DNA of 64,000 nucleotides from Trichosphaerium sp. ATCC 40318 (Eukaryota; Protista; Tubulinea): NCBI GenBank assembly GCA_038496445.1, contig JALMLS010000440.1:62001-126000 (forward strand), written 5' to 3'. Shown here in pieces: positions 1 to 10,955 of the stretch. Each line of letters begins with the position of its first letter. Position 1 is the stretch's first letter. The notes beneath the pieces were generated by a model. That model was not told the origin of the DNA. It did not search any database and was given only the letters and a program-made list of their open reading frames with translations. The position numbers and the translations under genes are program-made.

Positions 1-400
1 CAGCTTTTTCGAATCACTGCAACTGTTTATAGTCCTCACACTTTTGGTCATCAACATACATACAGTGTGTAGCTAGTTGTCCATTTCTTCGCCACTCTTT
101 ACACTCACCATTCTTTTTATCTTCGATGAATGTACATTGTGTACCAAGTTGACCGTTTTCATACCATTGATTGAAATAGCCATTTAACTTATCATCTATA
201 CATATACACTGTATACCAAGTTGACCGTTTTCATACCACTGATTGAAATAGCCATTTAACTTATCATCTATACGTATACACTGTATGTAAAGTTGTCCAT
301 TCTTGTACCACTGTTTGTACTCAACAATGTGTGTGCAGTTGTCTTCTCATGCCATTCCTTGTACTCACCACTCATATTCATTAAAATGAAGGAGACGCTA
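1..400 (-). pseudogene. MORN-variant (MORN_2-type) repeat gene remnant, frameshifted; runs to window edge
   Basis: Reverse strand translates in shifting frames as GEYKEWH / EYKQWYKNGQLYIQCIRIDDKLNGYFNQWYENGQLGIQC / KNGECK, the same 24-aa repeat as the other family members; small deletions break the frame. Confidence 0.75.
142..285. repeat. 72-bp tandem duplication (one MORN unit), 2 copies
   Basis: 142-213 and 214-285 differ at 2 of 72 positions. Confidence 0.95.
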
Positions 401-819
401 CATGAATATGAAGAAACATTGAACAAAAAATATACACATAAAAAACTTTTTCTCGAACGAACACACTCTCAAAGTTTCCGCAAGCATTGCTTGTTGGTAG
501 TGCTGTATCACCATTAACCTATTATATTTACCTCTATTCTATTTGGAAGATTCTTTTCCAAACTTCCATGGATAAAAAGTTTGGTATTGTAACTGTGTAT
601 TAATTACAGGTTTACAGGCTATGGAAATTATTGAATTTTCCACAAAATTACTTACGTTTTCGCGTATAAAATGAGCAGTTTCAACACGTGGGAAAAAAGG
701 TAGAATTTGACCTCATAGAACTGTAACAACACAAAAAAATAACATTTACTAACGAAAGCGTACAGCTTCTTCACAAAACAAAATTCTCAGTAAAAGTTGG
801 ACCAAAACAAACAGCCAAG

Positions 820-1335
820 ATGTACCAAATTAAGGTTCAATGCAATGGTACGCTCATGAATTTTGGGTGATATGGAAGTGATATTTTTAGAAATTCATAC
901 TGCACGTTTAGAATACTATTTTTTTGTTGACACTAACCTCAATTGTAGGTATGCCAGATTACCGTGGTGGTATCACTGACTCGACGGAAGAGCTCCCTGT
1001 TGTTTACATGGTGATAAATAAAGGTGTTGTTCTTTGTCTCATTCAGCTCTTCGATTGTTTGAAGACGATCAAACCCGACAGGGATAACAAGAAAGAGTGG
1101 GAGGCGGTAAGTCAAAAAACAAAGCATTCCTATCTTGTAAGTACAGGAGCAGATTACAGCTAATGCAACTTTGCGACAGCTCGAATTTTGGAATATAGTA
1201 ATTATTGTAGAGCAATTAGGCAATACTGTTGGTTTCATGCTTACAAAAGGACCTCAACTCTTTCGTGACACATGTCTGAAATTTATCAGTCATACAACGG
1301 AATACCTTCTACGACGTCTACAACCTTGCAAATGA
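820..1335 (+). CDS. hypothetical spliced protein (possibly degenerate)
   Basis: ATG at 820, GTACGC donor, exon GMPDYRGG...KKEWEA ending at a GTAAGT donor; no recognisable domain. Confidence 0.3.
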
Positions 1336-2330
1336 AGAACCTGTTGGTAGACTACAGACCATAACACCTAGCAAGCCGTTTTCCAATCATCTGAAATATG
1401 CTTTCAGTACCTGATCACTAGTGATACTGTCAATTTGCCGAATTCTTTCATACCTCGATGTAATGTGTGCATTACGTAAACAAATAGACTTGCACAAGTG
1501 TTCCCTGTCTTGACTCTTGGCAGCCGAATACCTTTAAGTTGGCACCACGCTAAATTTAGTCCCTTTCTTGATCAGAACAGCATGGGTTCTGTCTTAATTC
1601 CTAAGGAAGCAACGATCTGAATTCTTGCTAAGGGCATTGTTGTATTTAGTAATAATTAAATAGAGAGCCTTATTTTGAAATGATTTGAACTGTGTTTAGT
1701 GACATGATATGTCATCAAACAAATAGATCATAATTTAGAAACTGAATTGAACTGCATCATTGGTACATCGAAGACTCAGTGTTGGTGGAGCTGGGTACTT
1801 CAAGTGCATTTGTTTGCATTTGGTTCTAATGATCACATTCCATAACTGTAATGTACCTTGACATGATAACGTATAACATCACGGAGTTGCTTAATAGCTC
1901 AGGGTAACAGGGAATCGTAAACGATTTTCCAAAACAGAAAGTATCTGAACTAGATCTGGTTGGTACATGCTAAAAGTAAAATGTTGAAGGTTTGTTTTTA
2001 TTTCTTCTACTGCAAATTCATGCGTTTTTGGTCTCAGAAGTGAAACGAATAGCATGTGACAAAGTTGTGATAGGTCTAGCAAGTGTTAGTTTTGTCAGAA
2101 CCAAAGGCAATTTTAAGCGTACAACCAGATTTTGTTGTCACAATGGAATTGTTGCAAAGTAGTATTACGGCGTATCACGTGGTATTTTGTACCTTGTAAG
2201 TCTGAGACACTCTTCCAATTGCTGTGAAGTGCGATGGTAACAGCAAAAAGCGAATTCTATGATCGAGAGCTTTTTGTAAGATTTCAAATAAAATCTAAAA
2301 AAACAGTCAAAAGCACGTTCCAATTGACTA

Positions 2331-4199
2331 ATGGGAAGCCTCAATTCAAAGTCTAAACTTGTCCCTAACGCAAAACCAAAGGCACAAGATGAAAGGGGCG
2401 CTGCGTTATTTGAAAACGGTCTGAAATGCATAGAAGACTTTAAAAACGTCACGATGCCGTCTCTAAGGTCCTTTGATGATAATACAGAACTTATTCGGCG
2501 TGTTCGTTATAAAACACGTTTAAACTTTACTAAATCGCCTAGTGGTACATTGAGAAGGAGGATTATAAGAATAAAACCGCGTACAATGCTGTACAGAAGA
2601 GTGTAGATTCGCTCATCGAAGGAAGCGGTCCACAAGATAAACTAGGTAAGATTTACCTATACGACCCTTGTTTTTTGTCGACACAATCCAAACAAATAAA
2701 CCGAAGACCAAGGCAACACGTGTTGAAGAAAAAACGTGACAAAAAAAACTGCTCCAAATTAGGTGGCAACGAACTCCTTTTGTCTATAATCAATTCTCAG
2801 GTTTTGTGGTCAACATGAACCTTTATTTTTGTCTCAAAACGAGAGCTTTGGAGCTTGTCAATACTTTTTTTTTAACACAGCATGTTTTTAGTGGCAATTG
2901 TAGGTGACATTGTTCAATATGCACTTATTGAAGCAGCAAAGAATTCTGTGAATTATATCATGCCAGAGTGGGTATGTAGGATCGTAGTCACTGCTATTGG
3001 TACATTAATGTCATCTGATTACATTCGGGTATGTAGTTAAAGTAATATGTTTTTTTTTGCACCTCATTAGAGGATAGTATTGAGGCCATAGTACTTTTTT
3101 TACGTTTTTATTAACACCTGATTCTTTAGCTACATAAGCCTTATATTTCGAACTCGTTTTCATTCTACATCAGGTGGAATAGTTCACCTAAAAACATTGC
3201 TGATAGAGCTGAAATTTCAAATAAGTTTAGACATATGCAACTCTGTGGTGGTACTATTGATAGTTTCCTCAAACAACTACGACTTGATAATATTCTTAAG
3301 AAAGAAAAAACTACAAATGTATGCACTTGAAACATTTTTCTTCCAGAGACTACATCAACCAGTCAATGATAGTCTTTTACTCTTTTTTTGCGTTTGTGAA
3401 AAGCCGATCTTCTCTTTCTCTTTTGCGTGTGGCAGTACAAAAACGTTTGTGGCTTACAGTTTCTGCTGGCAGTTTCTTGCTCACAAAGTCGATAAAAATC
3501 ACGTGATTTTATTTTTTGGTTTACGGCTCATACTGTTTTTCCTAGCTTCTTTGTGAAATGGCCTTTGCATGTGCAGATTATATAATATCCAATCCTGAGT
3601 GTACATCAAAACTGACTTATCTCAGAGCAATGGTTGGTCTCTTGTGTATTGTTGATACAAACATTAACACAAGTGTTTTTTCAACACAAGCCTTGCAGGT
3701 AAGACTTGCCAACTGGAGCTCTAATACAACGTTCAGATCCTTTTTATTTAGGCGCTTTAGACGATCACATGATTAACTGATTTTTTGTAGATCAAAAAGT
3801 GCATACAGCTGTTGATACGACTTGCCAAGGAACATAAAATGGCAAAACAAAAAACCAATCAAACAATATCATACTCAGATGATGAATCACAACGAGTACC
3901 AGATGTTATTACTCTTTATATTATGCAAAACCTTTCTACAGGATATATAGAAACATGCTCAAGGGTCTGTGTACGTAGTAATCGATTTTTGAAAGAGCTG
4001 AATGACAAACCTTTTGGTTTTCTTACCGTTTCAATAGAAACAATGGCATCGTGTTTCAAAGGACAGAACTTTACCAAAAAGAGTCTTCCGGACTGATCCT
4101 ATTTTGCATTTAGTAGGTATAATAGTATATGAAACAAATAGATTTGATGATGCTCCACAACGTATTAGACAAACAATGAAAAACCTTCTTATTCCATGA
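2331..4199 (+). CDS. CYRI/FAM49-family Rac1-interactor-like protein, copy 1 (7 exons)
   Basis: N-terminal MGSLNS (myristoylation-type). Spliced exons give LHKPYISNSFSFYIRW (CYRI: MTNPAIQNDFSYYRR), EKTTNLLCEMAFAC (ENTTDCLSTMASVC), YLRAMVGLLCIVD (CLRVMVGVIILYD), IKKCIQLL (MKGCIKVL); stop TGA at 4197-4199. Confidence 0.8.
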
Positions 4200-4532
4200 T
4201 AATTACAACTTGTAAAACAAACTGTTTGCAAAACACAAAGAAATAAAGAAATGAACTTTGTAATAATCACGTGCATCAAAAGTAGCGTTCATAAAGACTT
4301 CAGTATCTAGCTAACACGTTGCTAATATAGCGATTAAAGTTTTCACACTACATCGGATTAAGATGGAACTTTGTAATCCACCTCGCAATGCATAAACCCA
4401 CTAAGCTATACTTAACCATTTTCGACCAAATGGCCAGGAAGACCCGCATTGTGCACTCCAATTCTGTAAATAAAAACTAAATTGTGATACAATAAATAGA
4501 TTGTGAACGCTTTTACTTAAAGGACTTTACAT

Positions 4533-6043
4533 TTAAGGCTTCAAAGCTTTACAACCAGCATCACGTCCTTGCTTCATTGTGTAACCAAGGTACTCAACGT
4601 GATCATCAATATTGAACAAGTGAACAGAATCAGCACAGTATGGGTCCTCGCCTATAAATGGATTATATACCGAACTTACAAGTTTTAAGTGTACCAGAGC
4701 CATCACACATTGTTATGTTTCCAGGCGAAGCCACCCAATACTAGAGTTGTAAAGTGAGACAACGTTTAAGACAAGGAATGCAAAAAAAAAACAAAAACAA
4801 AGTTTGCGGTTCTTGTTGGTACCTCAGTTGCGATATGCCAACTGTCAAATGGTTGAGAAGGTAAGTGAGGTACTGGATCACGTTGGTTTACAATACGATA
4901 ACTATTTGATGATCCCCATAACTATAAACGATAAACATTATGGAAAGTAAGAAAAAAATAAGATTTAAACAGTTTTTACGCTCTAGCTTTCATAAGGGGT
5001 TTCAAAACAAGTACCTCATTTACGTAATGAGCAAATGCTTTATTACCAACTCTTGGATCACCATAAGTCCATACTTCAATATCAATATCTTTACCAATAG
5101 TCTCAGCCTTAAAGTTGTAGTTTAATAAATAGTTTTCTCTCTTTAAACAAAAACCTATTAACGTACTACTTCCGTAGCAGCTAGAATAGATATAGCAGCA
5201 CCCAGAGAGTGACCAGTGAATATAATCTAAAGCAAAACGTTAGCTAAACAGCGAGGTTCTTTTCCAAACAACTTCTTGTACAGAACAGCTTACTTTCTTT
5301 GTACTAGGAGTGATGCGATCAGCTATAGCAAATAATACTGGAGTTCTAATAGCTATCCAAGCTTTAAGGAATCCTCGACCAACTGATGCTCCTGAAGGCG
5401 CTTTTTCGCTGGGCCAAGCTGAAGCAGTTCATTAGTACGCGAAGCGCTGGAAGGTTTATACTTACCAACTTTTATCACTGATTGTAAATCAACGATCCAA
5501 CTTTTTAAAGTGCCAATGGTTCCCCTAAATGAAGCGACAACTAAATAATTGTTAAGAACACGTGATTTTGATCAGAAAACGCTTGTGTAGGAAAAACAAT
5601 TTTCCCCTTTTTTTTTGTTTTGCTTACTCTCATCTGAAGACGACGTCACATAACCATAAGACTCAGTCTCATTCTCGTTTATAACAGTTACATTATCATG
5701 GAATGGAAGACGATTACACCTTGAAAACGAGTAAAAGTTAGAGGTGTTGGTATTTAAAAAAGCACCAAATAAAAGTTCACTGCTTAGTTTTTTCAAAGAC
5801 CTGAGTACCAGTAACACTTCCAAGGCTGTAATGAAGTTTTTGGACAATAAGAAGCCCAAGCGTAGAACAAACGAGCCTGCATTTGCTCTATTGTTACGCT
5901 AGCTATCAAAGAATACGTAAAAAGAGACATGGAAGGAGTTTTTGGTTTTTGACTTGCGCACGTGTTGCTTTAGATTCATAAGTGGCCGCGCTTGCAATAA
6001 CGAAGATAAGGGCGAAAACCAACAAGGATGTAAGAGAAGTCAT
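4533..6043 (-). CDS. secreted class 3 lipase (multi-exon)
   Basis: Signal peptide MTSLTSLLVFALIFVIASA; motifs AWASYC, VVASFRGT, FTGHSLGAA (GxSxG), TYGDPRVGN, RIVNQRDPVPHLP, GEDPYC..DHVEYLG. Confidence 0.92.
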
Positions 6044-6231
6044 AAGCCTGTGTTGTAACTAAAATATTACACCAGAAAAAAAAAACGCAAACGATCGTCA
6101 AACAAAGTCGTTTCAAGCTTTTCTACGTACTCACGTGCGTGCTTTGCAACTTTTGAGTAGCTTATTGATGACCAAACTACAGGTAGTACTATTTACGCGT
6201 ACTGTATGTTGTTTAATTTAAGCTGTAGATG

Positions 6232-7026
6232 TAGTGGTTGTTGGTAAACGGCTTATTTAACCGGCTTAGTCATTTGGCTGTTACGAAAAAAATAAATGAC
6301 TTGTTTATGGACCATGATAGACTCGCCTGATAAGGTTTCTTGTGCCTATTGTCAAGCACCATTCAGTCGCAACTCCAGCACTGATACACTTCGCAAGCAT
6401 TTACAAGTTTGTAAATTGTGCTTAAACGATGGATCAAAAGCCCAGCTGAAACAACTATCGCTTACCTCAATGGGATTCAAAGCAAACCCTACGCTATTGC
6501 ATGAAGATCAAGTGCGCTTAGACAATTTGTTACTGAGATGGGTTCTACGAAGATCAAAACCATGGCAAGTAACATGTTGCTTCCGCTCTTGATCCTCGGA
6601 TTCTTTTTTTTCGAGAACTTTTATTTTCTTTTTTTCTTAGATTGCCAAAGAACTGAAGCAATACAGACGGATGCCTGCACTTGCCTTAAACCAGTGTCCA
6701 TTAACATGGTGGCGTGGCAACCGTTCTTACTTTCTCCTTTCAGCTTTGCCTAGAGTGTACTTAGGAATGCCAGCAAGTTCCGCAACAGTTGAGAGAGTAT
6801 TTTCTCGTGGTTCTATTGTGATGACAAGCAAACGTACTAGTCTGAGTACAAAATCTCTAGAACTGCAAGTTTGTGCTGCAGTTAATGCTAAGTACTTAGA
6901 CTACATAAACTACAAATAAATTTCCAAACACGTGTTTTATTGTAACAATTTGGAGCCGGTTAGTTAAATAGAGTTGTTTTTGTTTGAAAAGTCATTTAGA
7001 GCTGAGCCGTTAACTTTCGACCACTA
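6232..7026 (+). mobile_element. internally deleted (non-autonomous) hAT DNA transposon, 795 bp
   Basis: Perfect 8-bp TSD TGTAGATG at 6224-6231 and 7027-7034; imperfect TIRs TAGTGGTTGTTGGTAAACGGCT vs TAGTGGTCGAAAGTTAACGGCT; retains BED zinc finger (CAYC..TDTLRKHLQVC), ASALDPR and the hAT dimerisation domain (PLTWW..PASSATVERVFS..KRTSLS). Confidence 0.93.
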
Positions 7027-7035
7027 TGTAGATGA

Positions 7036-7973
7036 ATGAGTCGGAAGCTATTTTTTTGCCACATTCTACACATGCCGTTAGAGATACAACTCGATTTAGT
7101 CGATTTTGACTTCGAAGTGTACAAGAAATGGTCATTGCTATCTAAACACACTGCAACTACGACGAGGTTCAACTACGAGCTTCAAAAACACGGTAAATGG
7201 ATAAAGAAGACTAAATCAGTCCTTTTAAGGACAGTTCATTGGAAAAATGGTAAACTACATGGAGAGTTTAAAGAATGGTACGTAAGTGGTAACCTAGATG
7301 AAGAGTATAACTACGTTCGTGGTATAAAAGAAGGTAAGTATAAAAAGTATTCAAAGAATGGTCATTTGCTTGAAGAATCTGACTATGTCGATGGTGTTCA
7401 CCATGGACAAAGCAAAACGTGGCATAATAATGGTGTACCAAAAGGGGCTTGTAATTATGTCAGAGGTGTTATGGAAGGGGAGTATACAAAGTGGTATTCA
7501 AATAGTTTTTTGAAAGAGAAAGGAAGTTATAAATCATGCTTTTTGATCGTAGTAAAAATGGTCAAATGTTAGTACACTGTAACTACAGTAGTGATGTGCT
7601 AGAAGGAGAGTACAAGAGTTGGTATAGTGATGGCCAGTTAGAGACACAGTGTGCCTATGTTGATAATCGTATTCAAAGTGTGCGTGAGGAGTGGCATGAT
7701 AACGGTAATCAGTGGAGGCTATGTAGCTATGTTGATGACAAACGAGAAGGAGAATACAAAGAATGGCACAAAAACGGTCAGCTCAGTGAGAAGTATAATT
7801 GTGTGAAGAATAATCGACATGGAGAGTTTAAAACATGGTATTCTAATGGACAGCTAAATACACATTGTGACTATATTGATGGTAAGTTGGAGGGAGAGTT
7901 CAAGAGTTGGCGTAAAAATGGTAAATTATTCAGGCGTGGCAGCTTTGTCAATGGTAGGCGGTTGCACAGTTGA
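7036..7973 (+). pseudogene. F-box-like + MORN-variant repeat gene, frameshifted near 7540
   Basis: Leader LHMPLEIQLDLVDFDFEVYKKWSLLSK..TRF..KHGKW, then EGEYKxWYxNGQL repeats split over two overlapping ORFs (7036-7572, 7536-7973) by a within-repeat deletion. Confidence 0.8.
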
Positions 7974-8263
7974 AGACAGTCAAGTTTCAGTTATTGGAAG
8001 CGAAAATCATATAATGTAAGGAACTTCTTTTGTTCCTCTATGACGAGCGTAGAACAAAATATAACTCAATAAATGTACTCAGCTCAAACAGAAATTCATG
8101 TTGTTGTTATACTGAAATAAATAAGAAATAAAGTAATGTTACTGGCTACAATGAGCTACAATTACTTTGATTTAAACGCTACAAGAACATCCAGACAAGA
8201 AATGCTAGGTAGACTTCAAAATTTTTATTTCAATAAAAAACTAGTTAACTAGCTTGTTTGCTT

Positions 8264-10130
8264 TTATACGCATGAAACATGGCCGTTTTCTAATCTAAAT
8301 GGTGTTCTAGAATCATTCAAGAACTTAGTAACAGACTTAAGCTTAGATTCATGTTCAATAGCAAATTTTTTCCATGATTTACCTAAACAAACAATAAGTA
8401 AGAAAAAGAGAAAAAGAAGAATAAAAACAGAAAAAAAAACTACGACTATTTTCCGGAATTTCTCATTTGTCTGGATACATAGTTTTGGTAGAATCTGTAG
8501 TAAAAAAACATATTCACTGCACACTTGTAACAACCAAGCAGCAGGTAATCGAAGTAGCCTTAAAAAAAAAATCCAAAAAAAAAATCCAAAAAAAAACTGT
8601 GTCGTACCAAGCTTGCTGTGAATAAGTTGACCTAATTTTGATACAGCAACTGAGTCTACGCCAGCCATAGCTTCAGTGATAACCTTGCTACCGTCTTTCA
8701 AGAATTTTTCATGTTTTGCTCTTGAAGCTTCTACTTCAACTCTAGATTTCTTTGCTGGTGGTAAACCACTTTGAGCAGCGAGTTTTCTCTTTTTACCTTC
8801 AAAAAAAACGTCAGGTAAGCGAGAAATAGCAAGACTTTTTGTAAATAAAAATGCGACTTACCTTCAGCAATTTGTTCCTTTGTGGCCTTCTTGGAGCGTT
8901 GAGGAGGTTTCTTAGGGGTATCTAGAGGCATTTCGGCAACTTTAAAAGAAAAAAATTAATATTAAGTCGGGCATCTACGCGTCAAGAAAACACTTAAAAA
9001 AAAAACTTGTAGAGTACGTACCATAGTCGCCCTCATCGCTGTCGTCATCATCATTAAAGTCACCTGATAGTAGGCTAGATAGAACAGACCTTGCGTTTCC
9101 ATTTTCAGCGTCTTGCATACGCTCATCATCGTCACTACTATCTTGTGTGTAGCCGTCCTACGTAAAACGTCAACACTTGTAAACAGCAGAGTATTTTTCT
9201 TTTATTACGTGACGAGTTTATGTCGCGTATACTGCAATGTCGTACAAAGAGCGCAAATGCGCTCAAAAAAGCAAAAGAAAAGTTTTTTTATAAAACGCGA
9301 ACCTGTGCTCTCATTTCTCTCTCATATTCCTCAACTTGGCTTGCATCCAATTCAAAACCATCGTCTACACGAAAATCATAAGTTCTTTTACGTCAAATGT
9401 CAAAATAAGCTCAGAAAGAAAAGCCATTCTAGCAAAGTCTCGTAGTTACATGAGACGCGGTTTCAAGCGTGACGCAAGAAAACAAAAAAAAAGTAGAGTG
9501 CACTTAGCATTTTTCTTTGTAACGTACCATCGTCAAAGTGGTAGTAACCCATCAAAGTAACATTTCCAGGTCCGGTTGCTCTGAAAACCATACGTTTTTC
9601 GCTCTCAAATGGAACATCGAGTTTTTGCTACGCGGTTTATTAACGAGTAAATAGTTTTTTTTTCTGTTTGTGACAAAATGAAGGAAAACAAGTTGAGAAA
9701 TTGAGAAAAAGTTGCGGTAAAGAATTTAAAAGACTTGGTACGCTCGAATGTCGACAAAGACAGGCCGATTCGATTTTAGTGGGAAAAATATTTTCTGCCT
9801 TCACTTACTTGGTATACGCCTTGGTCTGGGTTTAGTGTGCACAATACGAACGCTTCAAACACATCTTTGTCTGCTTTGGTGTATAAACTTACTGTGGTAG
9901 GTCCCTTTGCGTCTGCTGATACGCTAGCCTTGATATAAATTAATACAAAGGCGTACTCAGCTAGAGTCGTGTCATTAAGAGCGTACTTGAGTAATAACGA
10001 GCGTAGCGATTTCAGGGACTTCTACATTGACCTTTTGGCCGGCAGGGATATTAGTTGCTAAATACTTGTTAAAATATGAAACTACGCCGTAATTGGAGTT
10101 ACCCCAGAAAATTGCGTCGGTGCCTGACAT
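8264..10130 (-). CDS. nucleoplasmin-like (NPL) domain protein with acidic tract, basic NLS-like segment and C-terminal winged-helix-like domain
   Basis: Spliced: MSGTDAIFW / TNIPAGQKVNVEVPEIATLVITQ / ASV..FVLCTLNPDQGVYQ / QKLDVPF..MVFRATGPGNVTLMGYY, matching the FKBP39/HD2-type NPL fold; then D/E tracts and KKRK. Confidence 0.8.
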
Positions 10131-10955
10131 GTTTAGTGTTTACAGTTTATTCAAATTTTCGAGAATGAAAATATTTCACCGCCAAAGTCAAACAAGGCAA
10201 AAACCGATTTTTGTTATCAAGCCTGCTGTTCTACAATCTCGCCTCGTAGACCTGGAACTCTTTCTGGTGGCTAACTAACTCCGCTTGAATTACAAAACAG
10301 AGTGGACCATTAAACGTCTGTGGTTGGTGCGTGAGCGAACAGAATACTGATGTTCTAAAGAATTGCACACTGTGAATTGCTGCAATTTTAGAGCAATCAC
10401 TAAGACAGTTGTGACGTGGTACATGAAGCAACCTAGTTTCCAGTTTATAACAACTATTTGTGGATATTGTGGAGACATGTGAGTAAGTACAAGTATAAAC
10501 AATTTAAAATCTTCAGATAGCTATTATAACGGTAGCATGTGAAGTAGCACTTGTAAGACTCAACAGTGATCACAAATACTCAAGCAAGTACAAATAGGAA
10601 AACAACTTTGTAAATCGTGTACATTGGTATCAAACTGCTAGTGCCATCGGTTTTGCTCCTAACCAATTAATAATCACCGACAACAGGCTATGTGATACTT
10701 GTTAAAAGCAGGCGAGAATTTGTTTATTGCTAATCAAGGGAGGTTTAAGGCATGTGGTGGGAGTTTGTTTTTATCAAAGACAAGTGGAAATTTACTGAGC
10801 AATATTATTGGCAAGTCAAAGAATTAGAAACACTTGTGACATGGAAAAGCAGAAAAGAGATTTATACACCTTGATTTGGTAAGAGTACACACAAATCAAG
10901 GTACATTTCTTTATTTTCTTTTTGTACAAAGATTTTGTTTTACAAGTTGTAATTA

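Noticed and set aside
10230-10880. Possible plus-strand gene
   Set aside because: Coding-like patches are interrupted by stops and no domain is recognisable
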